Shown here piece by piece: positions 58,416-64,000 of a DNA stretch of 64,000 nt. The stretch lies in assembly GCF_009914755.1 (NCBI RefSeq), contig NC_060938.1. One strand, 5' to 3'. Every line of letters starts with the position of its first letter. The stretch's first letter is position 1. The notes under the pieces were generated by a model. It searched no databases. It had not been told where the DNA came from and worked only from the letters and a program-made list of their open reading frames with translations. The translations under genes and the position numbers were made by a program. The DNA is from the human T2T-CHM13v2.0 reference genome, Homo sapiens.

Positions 58416-61400
58416 TGGCACTTGCTTTAATTGCTTTTTGGTGGCCTGACAGTAGACTTCCCAATGGATCTGGTTTGGTAATGGCCTAGAACTCTTAGAA
58501 TTATTGCAGACTGTTTGAAGATGGGGATGAGGGGTTGGGACTAGGAGCGTAACTCCAACTTCCAAAACCTCATTAGATTTAAATAATAAATAAAGGTTTA
58601 TTTTTCTACATCTACTTGGCTCTTATATGAGGGTAAATTTCTGATATCCCTTGCTGTAAAAATCTTTGTTCTAAATAATTATAAAACCTTTTCTGAATGT
58701 TTCCTTTTGTTTGTTTGTTTGTTTGTTTTATAACTTGATTGCCTTTTGGAAGCTTGGGAGCTTCATTATTGAACTTATTGGCAATAGAATGTTCCGACGT
58801 GGAAGAAGCTGTGACTTTCTCTGACTCAGTGAAATACCCCTTAAGTCCATTTCATCAGCCATGGGTCTCCTTTCTTCCTCCCTACTTGTGTTCAGTTTTA
58901 ATAAACTGAGTGCATCTGGAGTTTTTTAAGTTGTTGACTATCTTCTTGGCTTTTGTGGTTCTAATTCCACTTCCTGTCAGCCCTGGGATTTTGTGTGCTT
59001 CATTAACCTCATCCCATCAGATATGATTTTGTATACGTGTGTATATTTGTATGAGTCTCTGCCTCCCACTGACTCCTAACTTCCCCTGGGGTTTAAGTCA
59101 CAAGGAATAAGCTAGTTGTTTTTTTTTTTTTCCATTTATTTTAGAGTAAACAGGAATTGAAAGCTTCCCAGAAGATTTTGGCTCAAACAGAGCATTGGTG
59201 CTTTTAGGGGAAACCAACAGACCAGACATGGGGTTCGCTATATTCTTTTGGTGGTTGTTCCTGTCCTTCCATCTTATGGATCTCTGCCAGGGGCATTCCC
59301 TTACTATCTCAGTGTTTGTATCCTATGATTTCTTTCCCATCCTACCACCTGTAATGTTCAACTATGTTTCCAGGTATCTTCAATATCCCATCCTATTTAT
59401 TTATACATTTAATTTTTCTTCAGTTCCTGCTGTGGGCAAGTCATAGGTTAGCCTTTCGGCAGTGTATTACCATCAAGTTTGTTCCTCTCAAACCAAATTT
59501 TATGTAGGATGAGATACAGATATAGATATATATATACCTCCATTGCACTATTAGTGTTTAAATGTAGACTTGAGAACCTATACAAACTACCCGAAACTTT
59601 GTCATTTAATGCTTTTTCCTAGATTTGCACATCTGGCAAGGACCTTAGAGAATAATTAGTTCAGATATAGAAATTGAAACCCTGAGAAATGAACTCTATG
59701 TTCCAGGTTCTAGAGTTAGTGAGTGAAATAACTCAGGTCAAAATGACTCAGCTTGTATCTATGGGGCTTCAGAAGATGGGTTTTGGCAATCAGATAATCT
59801 TGATCATAAGACTTTTGATTTATAGAATTTTTTATGCCTCCCTCAATAAGACAGATTTTTTACAATCTAATTTTTACTGCCTTCCAAGATCGTGAAAATA
59901 TGGTACCATGTGAAATAATATGCTTAAACAGCAATCCTTTAAATATGCTTAGGAAATTGGCATTGTGAGATACAACTGGCTATGAGAATAGCTTTTGGAT
60001 CAGTTGAAGAAAAACAGCCAAAAACAACAGGATGTTCGCTGCTCTTTAAAGATGTTGCTGCTGACAGTGGGTTTATCTCTGTGTATTAGCATGGCTGAAG
60101 TCATGGGTTGTGACCCAGGCCTGGGATCATGGGGACAAGTTGTGGAGCCACTTGTAGAACTGATCAGCCTGGACTTGTTCTGATCAGAGCCCAGTGACGT
60201 GTTTGCTCCGCACCAGCCATGCCCAGTACACCTCTGTGTTGACGATACCTGGTTTGGTTTTCTGTTGCTGCCATTCTTGACCATTTCACAGGGTAACCTG
60301 AGGTTCTTATAGGGAGGATGTCCATAAATAATTGTTGGAGGAATGAAAGCAGGCAGTGTACATTCTCCAACAATGTAAACTACTTGGCCACCCACAGAAA
60401 AATAATGAGAGTCATCAATCTCTTCACTTTTTGAGATAATCTCCTTTTTTGGTTTATCATATGCTCCTGTTTAGATGGGAAAGGAAGTTTACTACAGAAG
60501 AAACTTATGTAGGAAGTATCTACTGTTTATCAAGCAAACATTGGTTATTTCCTTTAATTTGGTTTCACTGGTTATTTCTTTTTAGTCTTCGACAATTTTG
60601 GTTGGTATTATCTGTGTTTTATAGACATGGAAAAAAGATTCAGAAAGGTTAAATAAGTTGTCCTAGGTCATGCAGCTAATAAATGGCAAAGCCAAATTTG
60701 GGAGCCAGTTCTCTCTGGCTCTTTCTCCACCCACATAAAGACATGTCCTTATGAGTCCGGCCACTTTTGGCATGCCCCATATCCTGGATTCTCCCTCTGC
60801 TCTCCCGTAACTAGATACTCAGGAAAAATGATATCATCCTTTCTAGCAGATCAGGCCTGAAAAGGACACTCCTTTTGCTCTAGTTAAGCATACCCAGTCC
60901 TAAATACTCCTTTCAAATCTACCTTTACATCTGGTAACCAGATAGCATATTGATTTCTTGGACTAGTTAACCAATTGGCTGTGGGCATTTTCTTTTCATT
61001 TTCTTGTGGGTCTGCTTTTTTCCAAAATTCTCCTTCTGGACCCCATATAAAGACTTCCTCTTTAGCTTTTTCAATTTGAATCCAAAGCCAAGGTAAAAAG
61101 AATTTCCTTCATACAATAGCATTTCAGTGACAGTGAGTTCTGGCTAATGTCAGCACTTTCCATTGCCTCAGGGACCACAGCTTCAGCTGGGACTTTATTT
61201 CTGGGGAGAGTTAGTGGATTGATCCAAAATTAGTGGTGTGACATGTTTAGTAATCTATTAGGCCTTGGATGGATTATTATTTTCTTGAGAAAATCTTTAT
61301 TTCCTCCTCTCTCCCTAAACTAACTTTTATCAGGTTTTTTCTTAATACAGCTTTAATATGTAAAGTTTCCTAAGAATCTCTCTTATTTTCTTTATGATTG

Positions 61401-61519
61401 GTGGCTTTATTATAAATATTTCAAGTGTTGTGATCAGGGTTATTTTGTAGGAAGTGGCTGCCAATTATTTTGTCTTTCTCAAAAACTATGCATTGTTTTT
61501 CACTTAAAATATATTTTTT

Positions 61520-61960
61520 TCATTCAGTATTTCTGAAGTATTTCCTATGTGCTAGTTATGGTGCAGGCTACTTGTAATACAACAATGAATGAAACATGGA
61601 CCCTGCCCTCAAGTGATAGGGAGGAGCAGACATGAAATGATAAATGACATTACAAGTAGTATAAGTGACTCAGGTGCTCTAGGAATATATAAGATTTACT
61701 AGCTGTGCCTAGGGGATCCACAGAAAGCCATTTTTAACAGCAAGAATGTAGTATGCAACATACAGTGTCATGACAGGATGTGATATTTTTTGAAATGGTA
61801 AGAAGTATGACTAAATATAGCGTGCATAGAATGGGGGAATAGAAGATAGGGTTATGGAGGTGGATTTGGGCCAGAATATAAAGAATTGACAAGTTTAAAT
61901 TCATCTTGTAGCTAACAGACAGCCACTGGAAGTTTTTGAGCAGGGGAGCGATAGGATTAT
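61520..61960 (-). mobile_element. L2 fragment
   Basis: CATTCAG...CTATGTGCTAG...CCCTGCCCTCAAG; GCCACTGGAAGTTTTTGAGCAGGGGAG. Confidence 0.65.
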
Positions 61961-62254
61961 TATTATTTTTCTTTAACTTTTATCATAATTTAATCCAAAG
62001 CTTAGGATGACAGAATTACAATAAAGGGAATACAGTACAATATTACTAGCAATGACTGACTTAAAATCTTCTAGGAACCAAGCTGACATTAGTTTCTGTT
62101 GTTGGACCAATTCACTGCCTACCTCTATGTGACTGCTAAGTTTGTTTTTCTAAGAAAAGTATAATTCTCATGGCCTTGAAGAATGGACTACAATTGAGAG
62201 AGGCAAGTGCTAGGGAAATGACTAAGGTGGTAAGAGGTGTGCAGTGATAATATA

Positions 62255-63476
<1,222 letters not shown>

Positions 63477-63519
63477 AGAGAAAAAGAGACTAAAGAGAAA
63501 GATTAAAGACAAGAAAGAG

Positions 63520-64000
63520 AGATAGAGATTTGGTGATATCTTGTATTTGGGAGGTGGTAAGAGAGTGTTTCTAGTTTGGAGCCTGGTGGATGGGGTTACC
63601 ATTCTCCAAGATGAAGAATAATAGCAAACCAAACAGTTTTGGGGAAAGAAAACAAGGGCTATTTTGTTGAGTGTTGAATACCTGTGGAATATCCTAGTGA
63701 AGATGTCCAAAAGGCAATTTGAATTATGGATTTGGTGTCCAGGAGACACTTGGCTAAAGATGTGATTTGAATATTATCATCATCATCATCATCGTCATAT
63801 TAATTGTGGCCATGAGAATACCTGAGATTGCCTAAGGAGAAAACTAGAATTGAGAAGGAAGGAGACCTGAGAGTGTCACCCTGAGCAAACCTACCATTGA
63901 ATATCTGGGTAGAAGAGAAGGAAGGAAAGGAGGAGTGGAAAGGGGAGAATCAGAAGAGAGCAGTGTCCTAGAACCCAAGGGAGAAGAAAGCTCCAGTAAG
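63520..64000 (-). mobile_element. L2 fragment
   Basis: TTGAGTGTTGAATACCTGTGGAATATCC...GAGATTGCCTAAGGAGA...GTGTCCTAGAACCCAAGG. Confidence 0.65.

Overview
Primate, most likely human, genomic DNA from inside the TTLL5 gene (tubulin polyglutamylase TTLL5/STAMP, + strand). Ten GT-AG coding exons (4521-55805; 107+83+107+131+83+70+85+102+92+108 = 968 nt) splice into one uninterrupted frame. That frame covers about residues 25-348, most of the ATP-grasp TTL catalytic core ([33 protein letters not shown]); these are probably canonical exons 3-12. The rest is intron, dominated by Alu/FLAM/FRAM, L1M, L2, MIR, solo LTRs (MER11, MER50, MER21, MLT1, MLT2) and DNA-transposon fossils (Charlie4a, MER102, MER58B, MER30, MER5, Tigger3, MADE2), often nested. 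The ORF-track entries are repeat-derived or chance ORFs, apart from those overlapping true exons. I found no convincing new multi-gene system. The best leads are small and testable: an open in-frame alternative 5' splice site after exon 10 (+23 aa), a TSD-flanked poly(A)-only insertion, an unidentified ~270-bp insert ending in a 14-bp palindrome, candidate poison exons, a G-quadruplex next to the exon 9 donor, CTCF and RFX-like sites, and sense-oriented LTR poly(A) signals. Repeat family names and exon numbers come from recalled consensus sequences, not a search; repeat boundaries are approximate unless TSDs are quoted.
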